Shown here: piece by piece, positions 29,797-42,427 of the stretch
Position numbering within the stretch: position 1 is the first letter of the stretch
Layout of the letters: each line of letters starts with the position of its first letter
Assembly (NCBI GenBank): GCA_964016885.1
Contig: OZ024741.1
Span: 383,780,001-383,844,000, forward strand
Reading direction: 5' to 3'
Length of the DNA: 64,000 bases
Origin: Eledone cirrhosa
Lineage: Eukaryota
Notes under the pieces: model-generated
Seen by the model: only the letters and a program-made list of their open reading frames with translations
Told to the model about the DNA's origin: nothing
Database searches by the model: none
Position numbers and translations under genes: made by a program

Positions 29797-30440
29797 AATG
29801 CGATGAAATATCAATGATGGTTGGCAAATCACTGACGAAGGACTAATTTTATCATATGTAACCCATGTGCAACCACGCAGTATTCTTCTTCCTTCTCATG
29901 TTTTTTATATATATATACCTCGGCTGCGTTTGTCTGTTTCTCTCTTACTGCTTCCCCGTTCTCTCTGTTGCTCTCACCTTCTTTCGCCCCCTCTGTCAGT
30001 TACACTTTCTCTCGACTGACCTCTTCCTCGCACTTCCACTCATTCACTCTCTGTTTCTCCCCTTCTCACTTCCTCCCGTTTGGCTAGTAGTGGGTTCTCT
30101 TCTCACATCTCACTCACGTCGGACGGTCTGAAGCTTGATCGCTCATGAAATCCACCCAGCTTAAGCTGACCGGACAACCATGTTGCTTATTTATTTTCCT
30201 ATCTTTGGTTTGCTTTTATCCTTCTATGTTGTTTTCTTGTCCCCCTCGCTTTACGCGATTTACTGGTCCCAATAGCTTTTTTTAGTTATTGCTCGCACCA
30301 ACCTGAGGTGTATGATTTTTAATGCGATGAAATATCAATGATGGTTGGCAAATCACTGACGAAGGACTAATTTTATCCTATGTAACCCATGTGCAACCAC
30401 GCAGTATTCTTCTTTCTTCTCATGTTTTATATATATATAT
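29797..30440 (+). repeat. Partial tandem duplication, 524-bp period, pLTR-like
   Basis: aatgcgatgaaatatc...ctcatgtttt-(TA)n occurs at 29797-29917 and 30321-30440. Each copy contains CTGACGA-agga... with no following GAAA. Confidence 0.8.
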
Positions 30441-30987
30441 ATATATACATATAACAAAGGAATTGTGGTAAGGAACCAAATGGACGATAACGCACCAGGG
30501 TACTCAATACTTAGAGTAGTAGAGTGGTAAATAGGAAAACGAATACGTTTTACTAACTACTTATAGCAGATATGTTAAAAACCCCTTTAAGTTTGTATCT
30601 GTTTTGTAATCTCTATAAGTTTTTTCTATTCTCAGCTTATTAACCTGTAATTGTAAGATAGCATGTGATCTTTTATTCATTTCTCACTATTTAATTTTAT
30701 ATATATTTTTTTTTTTTTATTTCTTTCTAGTATCTTTTATTGTCTCCTACTCTCTTCCGATTTACCTATTCTATATCCTCCCTCCCCCACTTCATACACT
30801 ATCCTTATAATCTGATGTATACATATCAGTTTCAACGCTTGACCGCTCCACTCACTCCTCTATTGTTCTACAGGCAAGTTCAGCCACCCCTTCCTCCCAC
30901 CAAATGCCATGATAGACTAATTTGTGTTTACAACAAATTTTAACCAATCCTCTTGACAACTACAATCTTCCCATATAAGGAAGTACG

Positions 30988-31080
30988 CCCTTGAAAATTT
31001 CGGCTATTTATTCACCAGGCTAAAAATTCTAATTTAGTCCGGAAATAGCCGTCGAAACGGCTTGAGCTCTGCCGTCAGGG
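30988..31080 (+). ncRNA. Type I hammerhead-like motif, U3:A8 core, long stem II
   Basis: ccc-TTGAAAA-ttt-cggctattt...aaatagccg-tc-GAAA-cggc-ttgagctct-gccg-TC-a-ggg. Stems II and III are strong. The stem I register is off by one nucleotide. It sits at the end of a TA-flanked ~640-bp insert (30450-31093). Confidence 0.55.
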
Positions 31081-31112
31081 TCATACTTTTTCCTATATAC
31101 ATATATATATAC

Positions 31113-31143
<31 letters not shown>

Positions 31144-31164
31144 CATATATATATGTATATATAT

Positions 31165-31221
<57 letters not shown>

Positions 31222-31222
31222 T

Positions 31223-31848
31223 ACCTTAGGAACTTACCCACGGACATACACTCACAATTTTTTTTCGAACCACGCTACATCCACACCACGTATAAACACC
31301 AACACACACGTGCGTAGCCCCACAGATACACACTCAGCCTCCGGAATCCTCACACCCCCCTCTCCCACCCCTCTGATCTCTCCCATCCACACGCACGCAC
31401 ACGCCGACCTACACCCCACCCACACACACCTTTTCCTGAACATGGAACCCCGTTCTTCCCCCAACCCTCACGTTCACATACACACACACACACGTACCGT
31501 ACACCTACACACATACACAAACGCCACCTTCAGCCCTTCCCACTCGGATCCCCCGCCACCCTCTCTCTACTCCACCCGCCACCACCCCTACACGCCCCAC
31601 ACCCCTCCACCACTTGTTTATCCTTATGTTCATTTTTATTTTTATTTGTAGCCCTTTCACCTCCCTCCTCTTTTTTCTAACTGTCTCTTCACCACTCCCC
31701 CACACACCCTCGGAACTCTTTTCCCACCCACTTTCCTCCTGAAGAAGGGCTTATGCCCGAAACGCCCCCCCCCCACTCTCAAGAGCGTGAACCTAATAAA
31801 CCTTTGTTTGTACTGCTCTGTGCTTTTGCTCCGTCCCAGTTTTCACTA
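31223..31848 (+). mobile_element. 3' end of a PLE related to 27655-29416
   Basis: Colinear similarity to ~28730-29416, with CTGAAGA-agggc-ttat-gccc-GAAAC at 31739-31763 and AATAAA. TA-flanked on both sides. Confidence 0.75.
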
Positions 31849-32113
31849 TATATATATATATATAGATATGTTTCTTTATTAGCCACAGGGGCACAAAAGA
31901 AGGGAACAAATACAAAGTGGGAAGTTTACATACAATAAAAACGTGTAAAATATTATCACAAATGCAATTTAAAAATTAGTCGATTTTCCCCAATTGGGGG
32001 AGATAGTTCATATGGGTAACACATACCGCCGAAAAAATGTGCAACCCTCATCTCCAGGAGTACGAAGAGTTTTTACTCCTTTCCTCTCCTCCTCCTTTTC
32101 CTCAACCTACAGG

Positions 32114-32159
<46 letters not shown>

Positions 32160-32209
32160 CATATATATATATATATATTCAAAATATTATAAACACAACG
32201 CAAATGGCC

Positions 32210-32398
32210 ATAATAATTGTTTCTACTTTTTGGCACAAGGCCAGCAATTATCCCAGTACATTACTGGTACTTGATTTTATCGACCACGTAAGGATGAAAG
32301 GCAAAGTTAACCTCGGCGGGAATTGAACTCAGATCGTAAAGGGACGTATCTATGTTGGAAAGCATATCCGACCCTCTACCGATACTGCCAATCCACCG
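32210..32398 (-). mobile_element. tRNA-derived SINE (family A)
   Basis: Reverse complement matches 50487-50680. Confidence 0.85.
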
Positions 32399-32561
32399 AA
32401 TAATAGACGATTAGTCTATATAATAGATGCGAAAATCGCGTGAAGCCAATCTTTGGTACTCACGAATATATAGAAACTGAAATGAACATCTGTATTTGGA
32501 TGCGAAAATGTGTTTGTATTATAATATCTTGCATTTTAATTGTAAGCGAACTGTTTAGCTT

Positions 32562-32788
32562 CCGGGGGGGGGGGGGGGGGCAGTATCGGTAGAGCGTCGG
32601 ACACCATGCTTTGCAGCATAGAGTTACGGCCCTTTATGGTCTGAGTTGAAATTCCGCCGAGATTAACTGTGCCTTTCATCCTTAAGGGGTCGATAAAATA
32701 ATTACCAGTCACGCACGGGGGTCGATTTAATCGACTTTCGCCTCCCCCAGAATTGCTGGCTTTGTGCCTATATAAGAAACCATTATTG
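32562..32788 (+). mobile_element. tRNA-derived SINE (family A, long variant)
   Basis: ggcagtatcggtagag ... gagttgaaattccgccgag ... ggggtcgataaaata ... agaaaccattatt. Confidence 0.85.
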
Positions 32789-32849
32789 ACCCTTTCGTCT
32801 GAAGACTGCCATCTTTCTCCTACCCTAATATGTCATACGTCTCGTAGTC

Positions 32850-33180
32850 CCACCAGACAGAATGGAGACGACATTGCCCGGAAGACGCGCTGAAACAGCC
32901 ACTCCACATGGCGGGGCTCACACATGCTGGAAACCATCTCAGCTCCGATAGTAGTGATCAGGGGTGTGGTCCGGGGAGCAAGAACGCCGTAGTCTCCAAG
33001 GGCACAGGCTCAACTACCTATTAGAGAATTGATAACATTGAGTTTCGTTTCAGGATATTTGGACATCAAGGAAACACACTGGGACAAGTTACGTTTTTTG
33101 CAGAGCACACAATATGACTCGGGTTAAAACTTCCGCCATGGAACACCTCACAGATGGAAAGTGTCCTATTAACTAATTTC
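32850..33180 (-). pseudogene. Decayed CRE-like non-LTR retrotransposon RLE fragment
   Basis: Minus strand gives GVLAPRTTPLITTIGAEMVSSMCEPRHVEWLFQRV and RGNVVSIL. Homologous to 45870-46210. Confidence 0.7.
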
Positions 33181-33861
33181 AGCACTTTTAAAGTACCTGG
33201 TGATCCAGATTACGTATTATTGTGTTTTTTTTTTTTTATAGATAATTATTATTATTTTTAATATTAACTTGCTATATCCCTATGATGTGCAAATTCTAAT
33301 TCACCTTGTATATTAATATCTGAAAATCAATTTCAATTTACTTTCATCACTACCTGATATGAAATGAACTCGTGAGCCATATTAATTTTTATTAAATATT
33401 TACATCAAATATTTTTACCTATCTCTTTCAATTTTCTCCTTTTTTTATTATCAATTTCTAACAAATATAATGTAATTAAGTTAGGCGCAATTAGAATCGT
33501 ACTAAAGAGACATATCCATGTCGAAACAGCGTGTCTATGAATATTTAGAGCATAAATATTAGAGTTGAAATGTAATTAAATTAAATTAATATTAACTGAA
33601 AATTATATGATCCATTTTAGTTTATTTAAGAGGAAAATGTTGGAAAATGTTTCCTTCTTGCATAGAAACTTAACAATCAACAGGATTGTTACAATACAAT
33701 GGAAATAGAATTTTTTTTTTAAATCATATTACATTATATTTGAGATTGCTTATTTCATATGTTACTATGAAATATAGATCTGAAAGTTTTCATGCTCTTT
33801 TTAGATAACTTCGATTATTGGAGCTTAGTATTAAGATTTTTACAAGCAAAGAGAACAATAT

Positions 33862-35205
<1,344 letters not shown>

Positions 35206-35329
35206 CTCGTGTGAGTGTGTATGTATATATTACTTAGACACACATGATTCTAGTTAGTGCAGCTTTGATTCATCTGAGCAAGATAGTTCTATTCAGCAGG
35301 TCGATACTCCAAATGTAATTTTAGGTAAG

Positions 35330-35635
35330 ATTAAAGAATGGACCTCAGTTATATCACATGAACAAAATAGGGAATATTTACTAGAGGATGCTCAGAGGCC
35401 ACCATCCCATTGAACTCAACCTGCCTTACAAACGACATCGTTTACAAATGCGATGTTGCGACCAACAACTCCTAAAATGGCATTAATTCTTCAAGACCCA
35501 CTGGTGTCCATGCACCTATTCTTTTCGAAGACCGAAAAAGACTAACGAAACTACACTTGTCGTTTACAATGATATGGAATATACTTCGGAGAGAACGATC
35601 CTCGATGGACAAGAGGCAAACACTGCAAACTTATA
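35330..35635 (+). pseudogene. Highly decayed PLE GIY-YIG remnant (Naiad/Chlamys-like)
   Basis: 35407-35469 translates to PLNSTCLTNDIVYKCDVATNN, resembling CPL.G.CL...IVYKA.V. A downstream GKHCKL is also present. Confidence 0.5.
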
Positions 35636-35681
35636 TATGCATACATTCACATATTCTCTCTCACTCTCTCTCTCTATATAT

Positions 35682-35915
35682 ATCTGTATATATATAAAAA
35701 TGTAGTTTTCTGTATGTGTGTGTATGTGTGTGTGGATAATTTTTAATGAGGGCTCATATATTCTAAACCATTCATGCGATTTCTTTGAAATTGTTTACAG
35801 AGCTTCTCCTTGCACAAAACCTGTACATGATCTACAAAGGCTTTCAAAAATCCATATTGGGGCCTTTGGAGGCATTAAAAAAGTTTCGGTTTTCTGTGTC
35901 AATTTTCGTGGTTAA
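35682..35915 (+). mobile_element. Possible 5' fragment of a second Helitron-like element
   Basis: tc-tgtatatatataaaa, then a (GT) tract, then ccattcatgcgatttctttgaaatt. This is the same layout as the start of the 33862 element. No 3' hairpin/CTAG was found. Confidence 0.35.
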
Positions 35916-36134
35916 GTAAGACAAGAGTAATCTTTCATCAATATTTCGTGATTAAGTAAGAAAAGAGTTATCTTTCGTCAATACAATAGGAACTCATTTT
36001 TTATGTTGTAAACAACTCGGCATTTAAGTACGCACAGTGATCTGTACCTGGAGATCACGGAGTCGTGTGACGAAATAGATTTCACGGAAGAATAAAGATA
36101 AAGTGAAATAAACCATATATCCCCAAATATAACA

Positions 36135-36222
<88 letters not shown>

Positions 36223-36353
36223 GTGAGGTTTTTTTTACAAAATGAAAAATAACCGAGGTGTCCTACACGAGTGAAAGTATAAAGAAAAAGAGATGAAATC
36301 GAAAATGCAACTGGAGTCTTATTTTTAAAAAATATATATATATTTATTTGGTT

Positions 36354-36391
36354 CCTTTACCGGTTTCGCAGTTCTTCTGCTTTTCAAAAGG
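36354..36391 (-). ncRNA. Minimal type I hammerhead ribozyme, U3:A8 variant (pLTR copy 1)
   Basis: cctt-TTGAAAA-gcag-aagaa-ctgc-GAAAC-CG-GTA-aagg. Stem I cctt/aagg, stem II gcag/ctgc, palindromic ACCGGT stem III. Confidence 0.7.
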
Positions 36392-37731
36392 TGAGTTGAG
36401 ATGGAGGGTCTGTAGTTTTTCTCACATCTGGTTGGTCTCTGAATGTTACTTGTTTTATATGGAAAAAGTGGCTCGAAATGCCAGGTTTTTCAAGAAGTAA
36501 TTTGATTGGTTTGTCAATAATTATAATAAATTTCGCGCCAGTTCGCGTTACAATAGTTCTTCAAATAAGAGGGGGGGGGGGGGCGGGTTGTCACAGATTG
36601 TTTTTTCATATATGAGTGTTTGAATTTCTTTTTACTTGAAAAAAGGAAGCTCACGAAGGCTTTTTTTTTTTGGTTGGTTATAAATGAAATTATGGCTGTC
36701 ACGTGAACAAATTTTCATTAAATTTGTGTGCCCTTATTTGGAAATCCATTCTGTAGACTTTTTAGAGAATTTTTTGATAAAAAGATAATGGTCAAGAGAA
36801 AGGAATGGGAGAATTGTTCTGGTTCAGTGAATATGGTTAGTTCGCTGGGGTGTCAGAATTCAGATTTTCTATTGAATAAAGAAAGTAAAGATATGTGTGT
36901 TTATTTGTGTGCGTGTGTGTGTGTGTGTGTGTGTTTGAATTTCTTTACTTTAGAAAAAGGTGGCTCACGAAGGCTTTTTTTTAATAAACGTGATTTGATT
37001 GGTTATAAATGAAATTTGAGTGTCACGTGAACAAGTTTTCATTACATTTTTGCGCCCTTATTTGGAAAACTATTCTGTAGTCTTTATAGCGAATGTTATG
37101 ACAATGGAAAGTTAGTGGTCAAGAGAAAAGGGATTGGGAGAATTGTTCTGGTTCAGTGAATATGGTTAGTTCGCTGGGGTGTCAGAGTTCAGATTTTCTA
37201 TTGAAGTGAAGATATGTATGTTTATTTGTGTGCTTGTGTGTGTGTATGTGTGTATTGGAAGATGATTCTATTAGTAGAAATGGGGGAGGGAGTTGTGTGT
37301 GTGTGTATGTGGGTGTTATGTGTGTGTGTGCGAGTATGTTAAGATGGAGAGAATATATATTTTGTGTGTGTGTATATATATGTGTGTAGGAAAGTGGTTC
37401 TATTAGTAGAAATGCGGAGGGAGTTGTGGGTGTGGGGGTTGTTATGTGTGTGTATGGGTGTTATGTGTGTGGGAGTATGGTTAGCATGTTAAGATGAAGA
37501 GAATATATATATATATATGTTGTGTGTGTGTGTATGTGTGTGTGTAGGAAAGTGATTCCTTTAGTAGGAATATTTTTGAATGAACATATTTTCCTTACTT
37601 ATTCGTGTTTGCTGTTGTATTGTCAGTGCAAACGTATGTTAAGGTTTATTTAGTTCGGGATTTTATTTTCTAAAGTAGAAGGTGTTATGTGTGTGTGTGT
37701 ATGTCATATTATGGTGTTGACATAATGTATA

Positions 37732-38317
37732 TTAAACCTTATTTAATGTTGGTCTATATTTTTTAATAAACATATTTTCCTTATTTATTCGCATTTGTTC
37801 TGTTGTATTGTTAGCGCAAAGGTAAAATGGGAAGACTTGGAATTTGGGTGTCTTATACTTGCGCAAATGTCTAGATATGCACTTAGTGGTATCTGTCTCG
37901 TGGTTGGATCTCGTAATTGTTGGCGATGAACTGTCATTCTGTTTCTGAGTGTGAGTTTAGTTTGTCCTATATAATCTTCATTGCATCCTTTATATTTAAT
38001 GGCATAAACTAGATTTTTTGATGAGCAAGTGAAGTGATTTTTTACAGTAAAATTTTGTTCTGATTTAAATGTATACGTGTTGCCTTCAATGAGGTGAGTG
38101 CAGGTTCCACAATTAGAGCGACCACATTTTTTTTATACTTGGTTGTGGGTTTGTGGTAGGTAATTTGGCATTGGTGAGTAATGTTTTCAGTAATTTTGGT
38201 TGTCTTTTGCTTTTGATTATTTTGTGTGTTTCAAGGGCTTTTTTCATTCTTGGGTTTTGTTTTAGTAATGGGATGTTATTGTGAATAGTGTTATAAGCTT
38301 CCGCATTTCTTGGGTTA
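37732..38317 (-). pseudogene. Penelope-like GIY-YIG endonuclease, frameshifted
   Basis: Manual translation gives KSKRQPKLLKTLLTNAK / CGRSNCGTCTHL...FTCSSKNLVYAIKYKGCNEDYIGQTKLTLRNRMTVHRQQ / FPFY...KENMFIKKYRPTLN*. Two frameshifts, one in the A-run at 38127-38134. Confidence 0.9.
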
Positions 38318-38548
38318 GAAATTCAAACACTCATATATGAAAAAACAACCTGTGACAACCCCCCCCCCCCTCTTATTGGAAGAACTATTGTAACGCAAAC
38401 TGGCGCGAAATTTATTATAATTATTGACAACCCAATCAAATTACTTCTCGAAAACCTGGCATTTCGAGCCACTTTTTCCATATGAAACAAGTAACATTCA
38501 GAGACCAACCAGATGTGAGAAAAACCACAGACCCTCCATCTCAACTCA

Positions 38549-38587
38549 CCTTTTGAAAAGCAGAAGAACTGCGGAAACCGGTAAAGG
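38549..38587 (+). ncRNA. Minimal type I HHR, U3:A8 variant (inverted pLTR copy, one extra G)
   Basis: cctt-TTGAAAA-gcag-aagaa-ctgc-g-GAAACCGGTA-aagg. Confidence 0.6.
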
Positions 38588-38847
38588 AACCAAATAAATA
38601 TATATATTTTTTTTTTAAATAAGACTCCAGTTGCATTTTCGATTTAATCTTTTTCTTTATATATATATATATATATATATATATTCATAGTGACCTTGTG
38701 ATAAAAAGACGAGACTCTAGAGTAACAAGACTCACTTTTCAGCCTTAATAAACAAATATTAAAACTCTACTTCGATATCGAGTAGTCCTTTCCCACATAC
38801 ACATACATCCACACCCACATACAGACACACACACACGCACACACACA

Positions 38848-38888
<41 letters not shown>

Positions 38889-39183
38889 GAAAAAGAATGA
38901 AAACGAAATTTCATTTCTCACTCTTAGTATGGCACTTACTTAAATGTAAGTATGTATGTATACGTACATACATATATGTATACAGACGTACAGTAGCATG
39001 CATATAAATATACATATATATATATATACATATATATACATATATGCACACAGGTACACATACATATATGCACGCATCAGTTTAGCCGACGTTTATTATA
39101 ACGCAGCTTTGTTCGTTTGTTTGAATTTATGCCATACGGTGTTAAGGCAACCACGTCACCTTTTTGTTCAACACTGACACAGG

Positions 39184-39228
39184 AACGATGTACTAGTTTC
39201 AAGCTTGTTAGCTATCATCAGCACCGTT
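39184..39228 (-). ncRNA. Minimal type I hammerhead ribozyme (copy 1)
   Basis: aacggtg-CTGATGA-t-agct-aaca-agct-t-GAAAC-TA-GTA-catcgtt. Stem I of 7 bp (one G-U), canonical core, palindromic ACTAGT stem III, GUA site. A U-U pair closes stem II. Confidence 0.8.
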
Positions 39229-39668
39229 TACCCATCTGCCAGATAGTTGAACGTTCGAAAGTATATACTTTCCTTATGAAAATTAACGGCTGAGCAGCCT
39301 AATTTGCATATTGAGTGAGTTAAATCGGTCAGGCATACCGAAAACGATAAGTTGAAAAAAAATGAAAACGAAATTTCATTTCTCACTCTTAGTATGGCAC
39401 TTACTTAAATGTAAGTATGTATGTATACGTACATACATATATGTATACAGACGTACAATAGCATGCATATATATATACATATATATATATATACATATAT
39501 ATACATATATGCACACAGGTACACATACATATATGCACGCATCAGTTTAGCCGACGTTTATTATAACGCAGCTTTGTTCGTTTGTTTGTCAACAAACCGA
39601 ACAGCCTGAATTTATGCCATACGGTGTTAAGGCAACCACGTCACCTTTTTGTTCAACACTGACACAGG

Positions 39669-39713
39669 AACGATGTACTAGTTTCAAGCTTGTTAGCTAT
39701 CATCAGCACCGTT
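39669..39713 (-). ncRNA. Minimal type I hammerhead ribozyme (copy 2)
   Basis: Identical to copy 1. Confidence 0.8.
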
Positions 39714-39952
39714 TACCCATCTGCCAGATAGTTGAACGTTCGAATGTATATACTTTCCTTATGAAAATTAACGGCTGAGAAGCCTAATTTGCATATTGAG
39801 TGAGTTAAATCGGTCAGGCATACCGAAAACGATAAGTTGAAAAAAAAATGAAAACGAAATTTCATTTCTCACTCTTAGTATGGCACTTACTTAAATGTAA
39901 GTATGTATGTATACGTACATACATATATGTATACAGACGTACAGTAGCATGC

Positions 39953-39985
<33 letters not shown>

Positions 39986-40164
39986 CATATATATACATAT
40001 ATGCACACAGGTACACATACATATATGCACGCATCAGTTTAGCCGACGTTTATTATAACGCAGCTTTGTTTGTTTGTTTGTTTGTCAACAAACCGAACAG
40101 CCTGAATTTATGCCATACGGTGTTAAGGCAACCACGTCACCTTTTTGTTCAACACTGACACAGG

Positions 40165-40209
40165 AACGATGTACTAGTTTCAAGCTTGTTAGCTATCATC
40201 AGCACCGTT
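40165..40209 (-). ncRNA. Minimal type I hammerhead ribozyme (copy 3)
   Basis: Identical to copy 1. Confidence 0.8.
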
Positions 40210-40449
40210 TACCCATCTGCCAGATAGTTGAACGTTCGAAAGTATATACTTTCCTTATGAAAATTAACGGCTGAGCAGACTAATTTGCATATTGAGTGAG
40301 TTAAATCGGTCAGGCATACCGAAAACGATAAGCTGAAAAAAAAAATGAAAACGAAATTTCATTTCTCACTCTTAGTATGGCACTTACTTAAATGTAAGTA
40401 TGTATGTATACGTACATACATATATGTATACAGACGTACAGTAGCATGC

Positions 40450-40482
<33 letters not shown>

Positions 40483-40648
40483 CATATATATACATATATG
40501 CACACAGGTACACATACATATATGCACGCATCTCTTTAGCCGACGTTTATTATAACGCAGCTTTGTTCGTTTGTTTGTCAACAATATATATATATGCATG
40601 CTACTGTACGTCTGTATACATATATGTATGTACGTATACATACATACT

Positions 40649-40726
<78 letters not shown>

Positions 40727-41124
40727 TTGCAAGGTTTTTGACATGAAATCGTGTGTCGAAACAAATATTGTTATACTTGGGAAGGGTCATATTGTTGTAA
40801 TATTGCCAGAAATAATAACAGAACACACTCACTGTTTGGTTGGTTTTCGCTTCTGTATCTTATATATATTCTTGTTTTCCTATTTCTCTACTTTCTATAC
40901 TTTTTTTTATATGCCCTTGCAGACACTATATTTGTGTAAATTGCCTGAAGGCATAATTTGTCTCTGTTTGTTTTGTTATATGCAATTGGATGTACTATAT
41001 CGACCTTAAAATAACGAAACCGTCGTGATAACCTGCGGTTGACTGAGGAAACAGGACTGTCCGTCTTTCCGTTGTTGTTGTTTTTTTGTTTTTTTTCATT
41101 GTACTCCCCTTATTTTCAATATAC

Positions 41125-41207
<83 letters not shown>

Positions 41208-41381
41208 GGTGCGTGGTTGACTGGTTAGAGAATTGAATTCTCAATTGTGAGATTGTAAGTTTGATTGTATATATATATGAATGTATATATAGTTTAGTTT
41301 GCAATACACTGTATGCTTAATTAAAAGCATTTTGAAGGCCATACGCTATTGTTTTAAAATAGTGACAATGTCACTTATTTA

Positions 41382-41477
41382 AATTTTCAGCAAACAGAGG
41401 AGATGAACTGACAGAGCTCTGTTTCGTACCCTTTGGTACTTATCAAAGTTCACTACTCCTCCTGTTTGCTGAAAATT
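41382..41477 (-). ncRNA. Full type I hammerhead ribozyme, U3:A8 core, extended stem I
   Basis: Core 41404-41452 reads tgaact-TTGATAA-gtacc-aaag-ggtac-GAAA-cag-agct-ctg-TC-agttca. Stem I continues after an internal loop as aattttcagcaaacag..aggag / ctcct..ctgtttgctgaaaatt. Confidence 0.88.
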
Positions 41478-41701
41478 ATGTGTGTTGGATTCTTATAAAA
41501 TTCCAGTAATAATCAGTAGCTGATTATACAGAGCCGTCGCAGGTCCAGCAGTAATTAAAAATTAGAATTGGTGCTCTGAAATAGCGATATATATATATGA
41601 ATGCATATATAGTGTGTTTTGCAATACACTGTATGCTTAATTAAAAGCATTTTGGACACCATACGCTATTGTTTTAAAATAGTGACAATGTCACTTATCT
41701 A

Positions 41702-41797
41702 AATTTTCAGCAAACAGGGGAGATAAACTGACAAAGCTCTGTTTCGTACTTGTTTGTACTTATCAAAGCTCACTACTCCTCCTGTTTGCTGAAAATT
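41702..41797 (-). ncRNA. Full type I HHR, second copy
   Basis: tgagct-TTGATAA-gtac-aaacaa-gtac-GAAA-cag-agct-ttg-TC-agttta. The core is invariant and the changes in stems I and III give G-U pairs. Confidence 0.82.
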
Positions 41798-42358
41798 ATG
41801 TGTGTTGGATTCTTATAGAATTCCAGTAATAATTCAGTAATAATCCAGTAATAATCTCCCCTGTTTGCTGAAAATTTAAATAAGTGACATTGTCACTATT
41901 TTAAAACAATAGCGTATGGTCTTCAAAATGCTTTTATTTAAGCATACAGTGTATTGTAATATACACTATATATACATTCATATATATATCGTTATCACTC
42001 CGGTCCTAGGAAGAACGATAAACCTGTTGATAAACTGAATCCTCCGTTCGATCACCAATACCATGAGCTTGCCTTTCACGTAAGTCTGATATTTGATTTC
42101 GGATTCAAAGAAACACTTTAAACGATTGTTCGTTTGATTTGTCCAGGTGTACCTTTCTCAACCTGATTAGTTCTATCGTTACTTTGGTATATATTGTGTG
42201 TTAGTTTCGCCTACCACAATGTTCGATTTGTCAAGCTACTTAAACGTATGTTATTACTCTATGGTCCTATCTTATCGAGTGCTTTGCTAACTCATCATTT
42301 CATATAAATAGGCCGAATTTACTTGCAAACCGCCAGAGATTCGATTTTACTGATTTCC

Positions 42359-42427
<69 letters not shown>

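Larger units (their letters stand above)
36219..38660 (-). mobile_element. 5'-truncated Penelope-like element with inverted pLTR
   Basis: 36281-36628 and 38318-38660 form a ~345-bp inverted repeat. A GIY-YIG remnant and internal direct duplications (36615-36935 vs 36933-37250) lie inside. (TA)n on both sides. Confidence 0.9.
38886..40652 (-). mobile_element. Retrozyme-like tandem array, ~490-bp monomer x ~3.5, with terminal inversion
   Basis: Unit starts at ~38886, 39351, 39836 and 40332. One HHR per complete unit. 40585-40652 is an inverted copy of an internal segment. (TA)n at both ends, and no coding capacity. Confidence 0.85.
41268..41995 (-). mobile_element. Second retrozyme-like element, 320-bp monomer x ~1.8, plus inverted segment
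   Basis: 41268-41586 is repeated at 41587-41833. cagtaataat is reiterated three times, then 41854-41995 is an inverted copy of the unit's left part. Confidence 0.85.

Noticed and set aside
36281-38660. DNA transposon with long TIRs
   Set aside because: The interior encodes a GIY-YIG remnant, not a transposase, and the arms carry HHRs. An inverted PLE pLTR explains it.
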